Assembly (NCBI GenBank): GCA_016209035.1
Contig: JACQWX010000037.1
Span: 34,593-98,592, forward strand
Direction of reading: 5' to 3'
DNA length: 64,000 bases
From: Elusimicrobiota bacterium
GTDB taxonomy: Bacteria; Elusimicrobiota; Elusimicrobia; UBA1565; UBA9628
Under the pieces are notes generated by a model, which was given only the letters and a program-made list of their open reading frames with translations, was not told where the DNA came from and searched no databases. A program made the position numbers and the translations under genes. Positions 18,607-27,693 of this stretch are shown here, piece by piece (within the stretch, counting starts at the first letter, position 1; each line of letters starts with the position of its first letter).

Positions 18607-18733
18607 GTCGCGTTATCGTGATTATCCTTAATGACGCGCTCTTTGTCCAGGTATTCGAGCTCGGACCCGCAGGGGTGTTCACGGAGCGCCGGGCGGCGAG
18701 CGGACTACCGCCGGGGCCGCGGCCCGTCGCCGT

Positions 18734-19399
18734 TCATGGACCGAACCGTCTCAATAGACGCGCGGCCTCCGGCGCGTCGATCACGACGAAGCGTCCCTGG
18801 CGAGGCTCGAAATGGAGGACCTCGGCTGCGGCGATGTCGAACCACCAGGCGTGCAGACGCAGCCGTCCCGCGCGGACAAGCCGCTCGATGGCCGGGTAGG
18901 ACCGGATGTGCTCGATCTGCTGGAGCACGTTGAACTGGGAGAGCCGGTCGACCCGCGGGATGGCCGCGTCCAGGCGCGAGCCGGCTTCGAACCTCCTGAC
19001 GACGGGTCCGGCGTGGCTCAGCCATCCCTCCAGGTGGGCGGCCGACTTGACCGGAGGTCCTTCGAGGAGGGCTCTCATGGCCCCGCAGGAGGAGTGGCCG
19101 CACACGATGATGTCTTTCACGCGAAGGGCGAGCGCCGCGAATTCCAGGGCCGCGCCTTCCGCGTGGCAGGGCTTCCCGCCCCGCCCCGCGTAGCGCGGGA
19201 TGAGGTTGCCGACGTTGCGGACCACGAACAGGTCCCCTGGTTCCTCGGAGGCGAAGATGTTCGGCGCGACCCGGCTGTCCGAACAGGCGACGAGCAGGGC
19301 ATCGGGTTTCTGACCCAGCGCCAGGCGGGCGAACCGCCTCCGGTACAGAGGCCTGACCCGCTCGTGGTATCCCACCACTCCCCGGATGAGCTTGCGCAT
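18734..19399 (-). CDS. Beta-class carbonic anhydrase
   Basis: 221 aa with zinc-ligand motifs CSDSR and HSSCGA. Starts 12 nt after the qmoB stop. Confidence 0.88.
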   Translation of the reverse strand: MRKLIRGVVGYHERVRPLYRRRFARLALGQKPDALLVACSDSRVAPNIFASEEPGDLFVVRNVGNLIPRYAGRGGKPCHAEGAALEFAALALRVKDIIVCGHSSCGAMRALLEGPPVKSAAHLEGWLSHAGPVVRRFEAGSRLDAAIPRVDRLSQFNVLQQIEHIRSYPAIERLVRAGRLRLHAWWFDIAAAEVLHFEPRQGRFVVIDAPEAARLLRRFGP

Positions 19400-19411
19400 C
19401 CCCCAGCCGCC

Positions 19412-21658
19412 TCACATGTCCTTGTAGGGGTTGGGGCCGACGCGCCGGATCGTCTCGAGGAACTTGTCGAAGATTTCCGGGATCCGGCGGTAGTCCGTGA
19501 TCGCCAGCTCGTGGATCTCGACGCGCTCTTCCTCGAGCACCAGCTGCTTGAGCTTCTCCTTCACGTTGCCCATCCGGTAGTCGGCCAGCTCGCTGCCCCG
19601 GATGAAGTGGCATTGGTAGTCGTCGCCCTTCTTGCAGCCGATGAGGAGCACCCCGTCGATGCCGCCCGCCAGGGCGTCGCTCACCCAGACGGCGTTCATG
19701 GAGCCCAGGCACCGCAGCGGAATGATCCGGATCATGGCGTTGCGCTGGAGCCTCATGACCCCGGCCATGTCGAGCGACGCGAGCGCGTCGTTCTCGCAGA
19801 TGAAGGCCAGGATCCGGGGCTTGTCCTCGTCCTCCTCCGGGACCTCGATGGCCTTGATCATCTTGGAGACCATGTTGACGTTGAAGTTCTTGAAGGAGAC
19901 GATCCGCTCCGGGCAGGCGCCAAGGCACACCCCGCAGCGCCGGCAGCGCAGGGGGTTGGGGAGCGGCGTCCCCTTGTTGTCCTCGTCGAGGGAGCCGAAG
20001 GGGCACTCCTCGGTGCAGCGCTTGCACTGGGTGCAGCGCTGCATGAAAAACTCGGGGTAGCTGAGGTCCCCGGCGCGGGGGTGGACCGCCGCGCCCCGCG
20101 AGATCGCCTCGACGCACTGGATGGCCTTCAAGGCCGCCCCGCGGCCGTCGCCGGCACCCGAAGCCAGGTCCATGGGCGCGCGCACGGCCCCGGCCGCGTA
20201 GATGCCGGTCCGCCGCGTCTCATAAGGGAAGCAGATGAAGTGGGAATCCGGGAACCCGTACTTGAGCGTGGGGAGGTCCGTCCCCTGGCGGTAGGTCAGG
20301 TTGAGGATCTTGGCGCCGAGCTCGGCCGACTCCGCCTCCTTCTTGCCGTCCGCGGTCTTGCCTTCCTTCTCCGGATCGCAGGTCTTCCCGGCTGCGCCCT
20401 CGGCGGCGGCGGGTCCCGGCTCGACCTTGGTGCTCGGCACCATGCCGGTCGCCAGGACCACGAGGTCCGCCCGGACCGTGATGTCCTCTCCCAGCAGGGT
20501 CTTCTCCGCCCTGACGGAGATCAGGCCGTCCGCCTCCTTCTTGACCTCGGCGATCTCGCCCTTGGTCAGGAACACGCCCTCGTCCTCAGCCACCCGGGCG
20601 TAGAACCGCTCGTACTGCGCGGGCGAGCGCAGGTCCTTGTAGATGATGTAGACCTTGGCCTCCGGATGCTCCCGCCGAACGTGCAGGGCCTGCTTGAGCG
20701 AGACGCGGCAGCACACGGCCGAGCAGTAGGGAAGGTGCTCCGCGTCGCGGCTGCCTGCGCACTGGATGAAGGCGACGCTCGTGACGGGCTTGCCGTCGGA
20801 GGGCCGCATGATCCTGCCCTTGGCCGCGAGCTCCTCGAAGCGCACGTTGGTGATGACGTCAGGGGACGCCCCGTAGCCCCACCGGCCTAGCTTCGACGCG
20901 TCGTAGGGCTTCCAACCTGAGGCCAGGACGATCGAGCCGACCGTGACCTCGGTCGTGACGCCGCCCTTCTCGAGGGCGGCCATGAACTTGCCCGGCTGGC
21001 CCACGGTCTTGGCCACGGTCGCGCCCTTGTGGACCTTGATGTTGGGATGGGACTCCACCTCTTGGACGAGAGCCTCCACGCCGGAATCCTCTGGCTCGCG
21101 GTAGACGGGCCCCTTGGGGACCACCTTGGAGAACTTCGAGGCCCAGCCTCCGAGGCGCTCCTCCTTCTCCACGAGGACGACCTTGTAGCCCGCCTGGGCG
21201 GCGGACTTGGCCGCGGTCAGGCCGGCCATGCCCGCTCCCACCACCAGGACGGCCTTGCTCGTCTCCTCGACGAAGGGCTCGGCCGGGGCGCTGTTGACGA
21301 GCCTGGCGACGCTCATGCGGACGCAGTCCTCGGCGAGCATCTGCGTGTCCTCGTCGTTGGGCTTGCAGCACCAGGCCACGCCCTCGCGCACGTTGACCCG
21401 GTCGGTGAGGACGTCTTTGCCGAACTCGAAGAGCTCCGGGAACACCCTCGGGGAGCAGGCGACCACGGAAACGCGGTTGACCCCGGCGCCGGCGATGTCG
21501 GCCTTGATCGAGTCGACGCCGGCCTGGCTGCAGAGGATGTCGTGGGACTTGACGACGGGCACCTTGGCGGCCGTCGCGGCCTTGAGGAGCTTGTCGATGT
21601 CCAGGCAGCCGCCGATGCCGCAGCCCTTGCAGAAATAGGCCCCGATCTTCGTTTCCAT
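19412..21658 (-). CDS. qmoB: Quinone-interacting membrane-bound oxidoreductase subunit B (HdrA-like flavoprotein with ferredoxin and MvhD-like domains)
   Basis: 748 aa. FAD fold VLVVGAGMAGLTAAKSAAQAG, CTQCKRCTEECP and CRRCGVCLGACP clusters, C-terminal AFICENDA...GC region. The ATG overlaps the qmoA stop by 1 nt. Confidence 0.88.
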   Translation of the reverse strand: METKIGAYFCKGCGIGGCLDIDKLLKAATAAKVPVVKSHDILCSQAGVDSIKADIAGAGVNRVSVVACSPRVFPELFEFGKDVLTDRVNVREGVAWCCKPNDEDTQMLAEDCVRMSVARLVNSAPAEPFVEETSKAVLVVGAGMAGLTAAKSAAQAGYKVVLVEKEERLGGWASKFSKVVPKGPVYREPEDSGVEALVQEVESHPNIKVHKGATVAKTVGQPGKFMAALEKGGVTTEVTVGSIVLASGWKPYDASKLGRWGYGASPDVITNVRFEELAAKGRIMRPSDGKPVTSVAFIQCAGSRDAEHLPYCSAVCCRVSLKQALHVRREHPEAKVYIIYKDLRSPAQYERFYARVAEDEGVFLTKGEIAEVKKEADGLISVRAEKTLLGEDITVRADLVVLATGMVPSTKVEPGPAAAEGAAGKTCDPEKEGKTADGKKEAESAELGAKILNLTYRQGTDLPTLKYGFPDSHFICFPYETRRTGIYAAGAVRAPMDLASGAGDGRGAALKAIQCVEAISRGAAVHPRAGDLSYPEFFMQRCTQCKRCTEECPFGSLDEDNKGTPLPNPLRCRRCGVCLGACPERIVSFKNFNVNMVSKMIKAIEVPEEDEDKPRILAFICENDALASLDMAGVMRLQRNAMIRIIPLRCLGSMNAVWVSDALAGGIDGVLLIGCKKGDDYQCHFIRGSELADYRMGNVKEKLKQLVLEEERVEIHELAITDYRRIPEIFDKFLETIRRVGPNPYKDM

Positions 21659-22950
21659 CAGTTCCTCCCGGCCGCGGACGCTTCGGCCGCAGCGATCAGG
21701 GCTCTCATGGCCGCGCCCGTGGCGTCGACCACCGAGGACGCCACGTCGAGCGGCCTCGTCACGGTTCCGGCGCCGATGACGCCCTTGCCCGTGTCCGGCG
21801 CGATGAAGCCGAACTCGTCCAAGGGGGTGTCGAGGGGGGGCTTCTCATCGGCCGTGTTGGGCACCATGCCGACGGCGAGCACCGCCATGTCGACCTCGGT
21901 CTTCGTGAGCTCCCCGGTCAGGGTGTTCTCGGCCTCGAGCACGAGGTTCCTGCTTCCTTCGACCTCGGTGATCGTGCCTACCTTCCCCCGGTGGAAGAAG
22001 AGTTTCTTGTCCTCCTGGGCCTTGACGTAGAAATCCTCCATCCGGCCCGGCGCGCGCACGTCGATGTAGAAGATGTGTATCTCCGCGTCCGGATACTGCG
22101 CGCGCACGTAGGTCGCCTGCTTCATGGAGGCGAGGCAGCAGACCGCGGAGCAATAAGGAAGGTGCTTCTCATCGCGCGAGCCCGCGCACTGGACGAACCC
22201 GACCTTCTTGAGCCCAACCTGGTCGGACGGCCGCACGAGCTTGCCGCCGGTCGGGCCGCTCTGCGAAGCCAGCCGCTCCATCATGGAGTTGGTCACCACG
22301 TTCCGGTACCGGCCGAACCCGAGCCGGTCGAGCTTCGCGGCGTCGTAGGGCTTCCAGCCGGTCGCCCAGACCACCGCGCCGACCTTCAAGGTCAAGGTCC
22401 GGGGCTTCATGTCGAGCTCCACGGCGCCGTAGGCGCAGGCCGCGGCTGCCTTCTTCATCCTCGGGTCGCCGGCGTGCTTGGGGTCCACGACGTAGCGGAA
22501 CGGATAGGCCATGAGGTGCGGCAGATAGACGGCCTTGGTCTTGTCGAGCCCGAAGTTGAAGTCGTTGTCGCGCTCGACCTCGCAGGCCTTCTCGCAGTCG
22601 CCGCAGGCCGTGCACTTCTCGTTGACGAACCGGGGATGGAGCTTGATGCGGGCCTCGTGCCCCCCGCGCCCGCCCGAGAGCCCCTCGACCTCGGCGAGGG
22701 TCAGGACCGTGATGGACGGGTTGGCCTTGATCCTCCTGAGGTTGATCTCGATGCCGCACGAGGGCGGGCAGAGCTTCGGGAAATACTGGTTGGTCGCGGC
22801 GACCCGCCCGCCCAGGGAGGGCTTGGCCTCGGAAAGGACGACGGTCTTGCCGGCCTCGGCGGCCTCGAGCGCGGCGGTCATGCCGGCGATGCCTCCGCCG
22901 ACGACCAGGATGTCGGCGCTCATCGAGTCTGCGATCTTCTGTTCAGCCAT
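21658..22950 (-). CDS. qmoA: Quinone-interacting membrane-bound oxidoreductase subunit A (HdrA-like flavoprotein)
   Basis: ATG 22950 (MAEQKIADSMSADILVVGGGIAGMTAALEAAEAG...). Contains CTACGDCEKAC and QCAGSRD...YCSAVCC motifs. Confidence 0.88.
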   Translation of the reverse strand: MAEQKIADSMSADILVVGGGIAGMTAALEAAEAGKTVVLSEAKPSLGGRVAATNQYFPKLCPPSCGIEINLRRIKANPSITVLTLAEVEGLSGGRGGHEARIKLHPRFVNEKCTACGDCEKACEVERDNDFNFGLDKTKAVYLPHLMAYPFRYVVDPKHAGDPRMKKAAAACAYGAVELDMKPRTLTLKVGAVVWATGWKPYDAAKLDRLGFGRYRNVVTNSMMERLASQSGPTGGKLVRPSDQVGLKKVGFVQCAGSRDEKHLPYCSAVCCLASMKQATYVRAQYPDAEIHIFYIDVRAPGRMEDFYVKAQEDKKLFFHRGKVGTITEVEGSRNLVLEAENTLTGELTKTEVDMAVLAVGMVPNTADEKPPLDTPLDEFGFIAPDTGKGVIGAGTVTRPLDVASSVVDATGAAMRALIAAAEASAAGRN

Positions 22951-22986
22951 GGTGTTCGACCCCCGATAACGGCCTTTGGAGAGCAA

Positions 22987-24129
22987 TCAGGACGCCGTCT
23001 TGCGCCGGCGTCCGGCGGCGTGCGCGTGGACGACGGCAAGGGCCCTGTAGAACATGTGCGCGAACTTCGAATACGGAGCGTACCACAACACGAAGAAGAC
23101 GACCACGAGGTGGACGTAATAGGCCGCGTAGGCGGCGTCGAGGCCCGAAAGACGGGTCAGCTGGGTCGTCATGCCGGTGACGAACGCCAGGAAGAGCATG
23201 ATGAGGAACAGCCAGTCCTGGTAGCCGTTGGCCCCGACCGACTCCTTGTCCGCGAGCCGGCGCACGAGCAGGATGCCGGTCCCGAGGATGCCCAGGACCC
23301 CGGAGAGGTTCCCCAGCCACTTGATGGGGTGCCCGAGCGGGATGGGCGGCGGATGGTGGAAGAGCTTGAGCTCGACGGCGCCCAGGCCCGCGGTCGCGGC
23401 CGCCCCGAAGAAGCCGAGGAAGACCATCAGATGCGCCCAGGAGCGCGTCTTGTTCGCGTCGCAGGAGAAGAAGGGCGTGTGGAACACGATGTCCTTGACC
23501 GCGGCGACGACCCCCGCGACGAAGCCGATGCCCGCACCGGACGAGCGCGATTCCAGCTGGTTCCAGAACCGCCAGAGCCCCGCGAAGGCGCAGGCGAAGA
23601 CCAGGATGTTGCCCGCGATGAAGAGGGGCTCGACCACGTGGATGTTGAACACCTTGTCGAACACGACCGCGTCGGCCAGGCCCGGCTCCCTCAGGGAGAG
23701 CTGGAGCTGCAGCGTCTTCGAGGCGAAGATGACCGCGGCGATGACGAGCATGGGCGCGAGGAACAGCAGCGGCAGGGCCCGCGGCGCGGCCAAGGCATGC
23801 CCCATGAAGGAAGGGAAGGCGAAGCGCTCGTAGACGAAGCTGCGGACCGCGGCCAGGACGTCGCCGGGCTTGGCCTCGCGCGGGCAGTAGGTCGAGCAGT
23901 CGTTGCACTGGTAGCACAGCCAGATGTCCGGGTCCTTGGAGAGCGTGTCGGCCTGGCCCCAGCCGGCCAGGAGCATCTCCTTCCTGGGGAAGGGCTTCTC
24001 GGTCGTGGAGAGGCTGCAGACCGACGAGCAGGTCGCGCACTGGTAGCATTTCTTGACGTCTGCTCCGCCGGCCTTCTTCACCGACCGGATGAATTCGAGA
24101 TCAGGTTCCACGACTCGCGCTTCGGCCAT
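22987..24129 (-). CDS. qmoC: QmoC: HdrC-like 2x[4Fe-4S] domain fused to a multi-helix cytochrome-b-like membrane domain
   Basis: ATG 24129 is preceded by AAGGAG. Motifs CYQCATCSSVC and CYQCNDCSTYCP, then about 6 hydrophobic helices. The track start at 24156 is a TTG overlapping the upstream stop. Confidence 0.85.
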   Translation of the reverse strand: MAEARVVEPDLEFIRSVKKAGGADVKKCYQCATCSSVCSLSTTEKPFPRKEMLLAGWGQADTLSKDPDIWLCYQCNDCSTYCPREAKPGDVLAAVRSFVYERFAFPSFMGHALAAPRALPLLFLAPMLVIAAVIFASKTLQLQLSLREPGLADAVVFDKVFNIHVVEPLFIAGNILVFACAFAGLWRFWNQLESRSSGAGIGFVAGVVAAVKDIVFHTPFFSCDANKTRSWAHLMVFLGFFGAAATAGLGAVELKLFHHPPPIPLGHPIKWLGNLSGVLGILGTGILLVRRLADKESVGANGYQDWLFLIMLFLAFVTGMTTQLTRLSGLDAAYAAYYVHLVVVFFVLWYAPYSKFAHMFYRALAVVHAHAAGRRRKTAS

Positions 24130-24152
24130 GCACGCGCTCCTTTTCCTTTCGG

Positions 24153-25997
24153 TCAACGCATTCTCCGTCTCGCCCTCTCCAGGGCCTCTTTCGCCGGGGT
24201 CAAGTCGATCCCCATGTCTTGCCCCTCCTGCTTCCGGCTGTTGCGGTCAGCCTCATCCTTGCGTCGCGCACTGTCCCTCGGCTCCCTGGAGCCGCCCTCG
24301 GCACGCCTCCGCATCTCGGCCATGAGCGCCAACAGCTCGTTGATGCCCCCCGCGTCCGTCAGATGCCCGTAATACCGCAGCAAGTAGTCAGCATAGCACC
24401 AGCCCACGTCGCCGCTGGCATATCTCATGGCGAGAGCGTCGCGGAACGTTGGATCGCCGATGCGCCGGCTCAAGATGCCCAGGGCTTCGGCCGAAGGCTC
24501 CGCGATCTTCCGATCGAGACAGGTCCGGACCAGGAACAACGCGGCATGGGCCTGATCGAGGCGCTTCAAGCGGAAGTGGCACTTGACGTCCGGGGGCTTC
24601 GCATCCGCCTTCCTGAACACATGCCATCCCCCGCGGTCCACGCCATCCCAAACGAACCCATAGGTCGCGGCCAGCTTGTCCAGCGCCGCCTCGGCTTCCC
24701 TCTCTGCCTGCTCGCGCTTGCGTTCATCGTAGCGCGCCTTGCCCGCGTTGACCCAGCCAGCCTCAAGCCGCTCGCCGCCCTTGAGCTTCCGGAGCAGCTC
24801 CATGGTCAACTCGTACCAGCATGCGCCTTGGTGCGATGCGAGATCCCTCTCCATCCTGGCCATCTCGGCGTCGTAGACCGCGGGCTCGTAGAGAGCAAGC
24901 TCATCGAACACGCCCTGGGAATGGGTCATGCCATGACAGACCTGGTCCGCATAGACACCCAGCGATATCATCTGGTTGCGTCTTTGGTTCTGCGCATCCA
25001 GCTTTCTTGCGCCCTCGGCGATCTGCTTCAACGTGCGCCGCACATTCCCTTCCTTGGATACCAAATCAAAGTCAGGCCCAAAAGCACGCTGATCCGACAA
25101 CTTGTAAGGATCGAGGCCCGCCTTCAATTTCTCGTCCCATTGCTTGGCCAGCGACTCCTCTCCCGAAATCTTCTTTTTGAATTCCACAACATCTTCATCG
25201 GTGAAATCAAAAGTCGACTTGAGCGAATCGAGATGCCCCTTCCTATGCCGAACCTCCACTGCATGCTTGTTTCTCAAATCGACATCCTTCTTGAGATGCT
25301 CCTGGAAATGCTCCTTCTCGTGAGAAAGCGTGTAGGCGAGCATGCCGGGATACTTGAAGGCATCCGGGCCGATATGAACCTTCCCGTCAGGACCCGTTTC
25401 CCCGGCGCGGCCTTTGCCTTCGCCAAGGGACTCGTTATATTTCGGATCCCAAGCCGCCGTTTCGCCGATATAGCACTCCACATACCCGGGGTCAGGCGTC
25501 CCATCGGCCAACTTGTGGCATGGCGGGCCGGAAAGGACGGGCCCCGATTTCTTGGGGGGAGAAATATGGTAGACCTCCATCGCGACCTTGATCGCCTCGC
25601 TGTGAAGCCTGGTCGATTCCTCCTGGTATTGCTCGTAATCCTTTATCACACGAGCGTAGTCCGTGTAGGTCCAGGGCGAATCAAATATCTTCTTGGCATA
25701 GTCGTTTACGAGCCCATCCGAGGCTTCGTAGAGGGCCCGTTGCCACTCGGACCAGTTCTCGTATCCCTCCGGGCGCCTCATGCCGAGCCACTTGCCATCC
25801 TCGTCACGCAAGCCGAGTTTTCTCTCGAAATCTTTCTTCTGCGCGACGAGATCCTGATTCTCTTTTTTGTTCTTGTGCCTCTTGATGGCATCCAATGTCT
25901 GCTGGACGCGGTCGATCTCGCCCTTGGGAGGCCTGTAAGGCGCCGCCTCGATACGGGCCGGGCACCATGCCAGCCACAGGATCAGACCCGCTGTCAC
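24153..25997 (-). CDS. Hypothetical secreted/charged protein with an HExxH-like motif (lower G+C)
   Basis: 614-aa ORF with a GTG start overlapping the upstream stop (GTGA). Signal-peptide-like N-terminus MTAGLILWLAWCPARIEAA, and HEKEHFQEH. I recognised no family. Confidence 0.55.
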   Translation of the reverse strand: MTAGLILWLAWCPARIEAAPYRPPKGEIDRVQQTLDAIKRHKNKKENQDLVAQKKDFERKLGLRDEDGKWLGMRRPEGYENWSEWQRALYEASDGLVNDYAKKIFDSPWTYTDYARVIKDYEQYQEESTRLHSEAIKVAMEVYHISPPKKSGPVLSGPPCHKLADGTPDPGYVECYIGETAAWDPKYNESLGEGKGRAGETGPDGKVHIGPDAFKYPGMLAYTLSHEKEHFQEHLKKDVDLRNKHAVEVRHRKGHLDSLKSTFDFTDEDVVEFKKKISGEESLAKQWDEKLKAGLDPYKLSDQRAFGPDFDLVSKEGNVRRTLKQIAEGARKLDAQNQRRNQMISLGVYADQVCHGMTHSQGVFDELALYEPAVYDAEMARMERDLASHQGACWYELTMELLRKLKGGERLEAGWVNAGKARYDERKREQAEREAEAALDKLAATYGFVWDGVDRGGWHVFRKADAKPPDVKCHFRLKRLDQAHAALFLVRTCLDRKIAEPSAEALGILSRRIGDPTFRDALAMRYASGDVGWCYADYLLRYYGHLTDAGGINELLALMAEMRRRAEGGSREPRDSARRKDEADRNSRKQEGQDMGIDLTPAKEALERARRRMR

Positions 25998-27112
25998 GGA
26001 ACTACCTCGATCTCCACGGTGTTCGATTCAACTCGAACGCATGGCGAGTCGGAGAATCGATCATCCTCGAACCCATCTCTGTCGCATCGTTCGGCTTCGG
26101 CTCGCCATTTGCGGCGCTTCTCCAAGTCCTCCGCCTTCATGGCGCCCCATTCCTTTCGAACCTCCTGTTTCATCTTGTCGAAAGGCTCATGCCCTAGAGT
26201 CTGACGCAACTGCTCTATTTCCTCATCGGCAGACAAGGGCCCAAGGCCGCGAAGACTGTCATAGACGGCCTTCATGCGGTGGATGCCTGGCTTCCTGATG
26301 AAGAACCCATCAAGGATCCGGAAGCCGGCAACGGTCTGGGGCGGCTTCATGGGATCGAACTGATAGCGCTTGACTCCCCCGAACTCCTTCTGGTATTGCT
26401 CCTGCAACTTCCAGAGTTCCTTGGCGGAGGCGATCTCGGCGCTGGTCGAGTCCGGCCTGATCCTGGCATCCCTCAGGCCCCAGCCCTCCTCATCCTTGAG
26501 CGGGGCAACGACGGAAGGAGTGGCGGTATAAGTCTCGCCGGGCTTGACGGTCATCCCTGTCGGGCCCCGCTGCCCCCCCATCGAGTTGCAGAGTTCGCCT
26601 CCGCAATCGTTGGCCCAGAGGTTGAATTCACCGTGCTGGCCCCATTCCAGCCAGCAATTCGGCTTAAGGAGCTTGCCGTCAGGGCCCGTGATCTCGAAGT
26701 ACGTCCTCTTCTTATCTTGGAAGTTGTCGCAGATGAACGCCTGGTTGATCCAGAACCCGTCCATGATGAAGACTTCCCTGTAGCCGAGGTTCTTGATACG
26801 AAGCAGGTACCAGGGCTTCTCGCCCACATGCCACTGCCTGCGCGCCAGATCCAGGGTCAACTGGAGGAACGGCCTGGGCTGGGGCTTGAGGCAAGTCTTC
26901 TGCGCCAGCGGGATCAGGAACAAGGCGCCCACGACCGCCAACAGCGCTGAAGAACCGATGAGGAATCTTCTCTTGCCGACCAGAACCAACACGAGGATCG
27001 CCGTCGCTGCCAGGCCGATCTTGGGCCACACCCCGGATAGCAGGAAACTCACGAGCGCCAACAGCAGCACGGGCATCTCCGTCAACACGCGCAGCCCCAG
27101 CGATTCATTCAA
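25994..27112 (-). CDS. Hypothetical membrane protein (three N-terminal TM helices + soluble domain, lower G+C)
   Basis: 372-aa ORF. The start is uncertain (TTG 27112 or ATG 27076). TM segments PVLLLALVSFLLSGVW, AATAILVLVLV and SALLAVVGALFLIPL. I recognised no family. Confidence 0.55.
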   Translation of the reverse strand: MNESLGLRVLTEMPVLLLALVSFLLSGVWPKIGLAATAILVLVLVGKRRFLIGSSALLAVVGALFLIPLAQKTCLKPQPRPFLQLTLDLARRQWHVGEKPWYLLRIKNLGYREVFIMDGFWINQAFICDNFQDKKRTYFEITGPDGKLLKPNCWLEWGQHGEFNLWANDCGGELCNSMGGQRGPTGMTVKPGETYTATPSVVAPLKDEEGWGLRDARIRPDSTSAEIASAKELWKLQEQYQKEFGGVKRYQFDPMKPPQTVAGFRILDGFFIRKPGIHRMKAVYDSLRGLGPLSADEEIEQLRQTLGHEPFDKMKQEVRKEWGAMKAEDLEKRRKWRAEAERCDRDGFEDDRFSDSPCVRVESNTVEIEVVP

Positions 27113-27166
27113 GCTTCGGCCATGCAGGCGTCCTCTCTATATATATTAAGGAAGAATCAGCGTCGT

Positions 27167-27559
27167 TCATGCGAGCTCGATGTCGATCTCGGGCGGGGTC
27201 TCGAACGCCTTGTGGACGGGGCACTTGTGCGCGACCCGGAGGATGGATTCGCGCTTCTCCTGAGGGAAGCCCTCCGGAAGGGTGATGTCCAGGGTGATGG
27301 TCTGGATCCTCTTGGGGTCCGAGGCCAGCGTCGGCACGGCGTTGACGACGATGCCCTCGGCCGGGAGCTGGTGCATCTTGCAGTAGATGTGGATGGTCGT
27401 GCCGATGCACGCCGCGAGCGCGCCGACCAGGAGCTCGATCGGGTTCATGCCGGCGTCGTCGCCGCCGTCCTCCTTGTGCATGTCCGTCCCGAGGACGTGA
27501 CCCCTGAGACGGATCGAGAACTTCATGCCCTTGGCCTGCTTGATCTCCATCAGATCCAT
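27167..27559 (-). CDS. OsmC/Ohr-family protein
   Basis: 130 aa with an NPIELLVGALAACIG...HKCPV pattern typical of the OsmC family. Confidence 0.82.
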   Translation of the reverse strand: MDLMEIKQAKGMKFSIRLRGHVLGTDMHKEDGGDDAGMNPIELLVGALAACIGTTIHIYCKMHQLPAEGIVVNAVPTLASDPKRIQTITLDITLPEGFPQEKRESILRVAHKCPVHKAFETPPEIDIELA

Positions 27560-27693
27560 GTCGGTCTCCTCGCCATGCCGGATCGGCGCGATAAGATTAG
27601 ATATTCTCGGGCGATGAAGTCAAACCCGGGCGCCTGATTCCCGTCGGGCGCAGGGCGCAGGAGAGAGAATTGCCTGGGGGAGGTTCTTTTGTT

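Noticed and set aside
18607-18733. Small G+C-rich palindrome GGGCCGCGGCCC (18714-18725) after the carbonic anhydrase gene as a terminator.
   Set aside because: The stem is only 5 bp and has no T-tract. This is indistinguishable from chance in DNA of this composition.
24143-24203. TTGACC-containing sequences upstream of qmoC (sense strand TTGACCCCGGCGAA at 24203-24190 and TTGACCGAAAGGAA at 24156-24143) as a third copy of the dsrA/sat operator.
   Set aside because: Only the left half-site matches (right halves 4/6 and 2/6). The spacing is 47 nt rather than 23. There is no ATTAGGTTCAAT box. One of the two overlaps the RBS. This is too weak to call and worth re-testing only with a genome-wide matrix.
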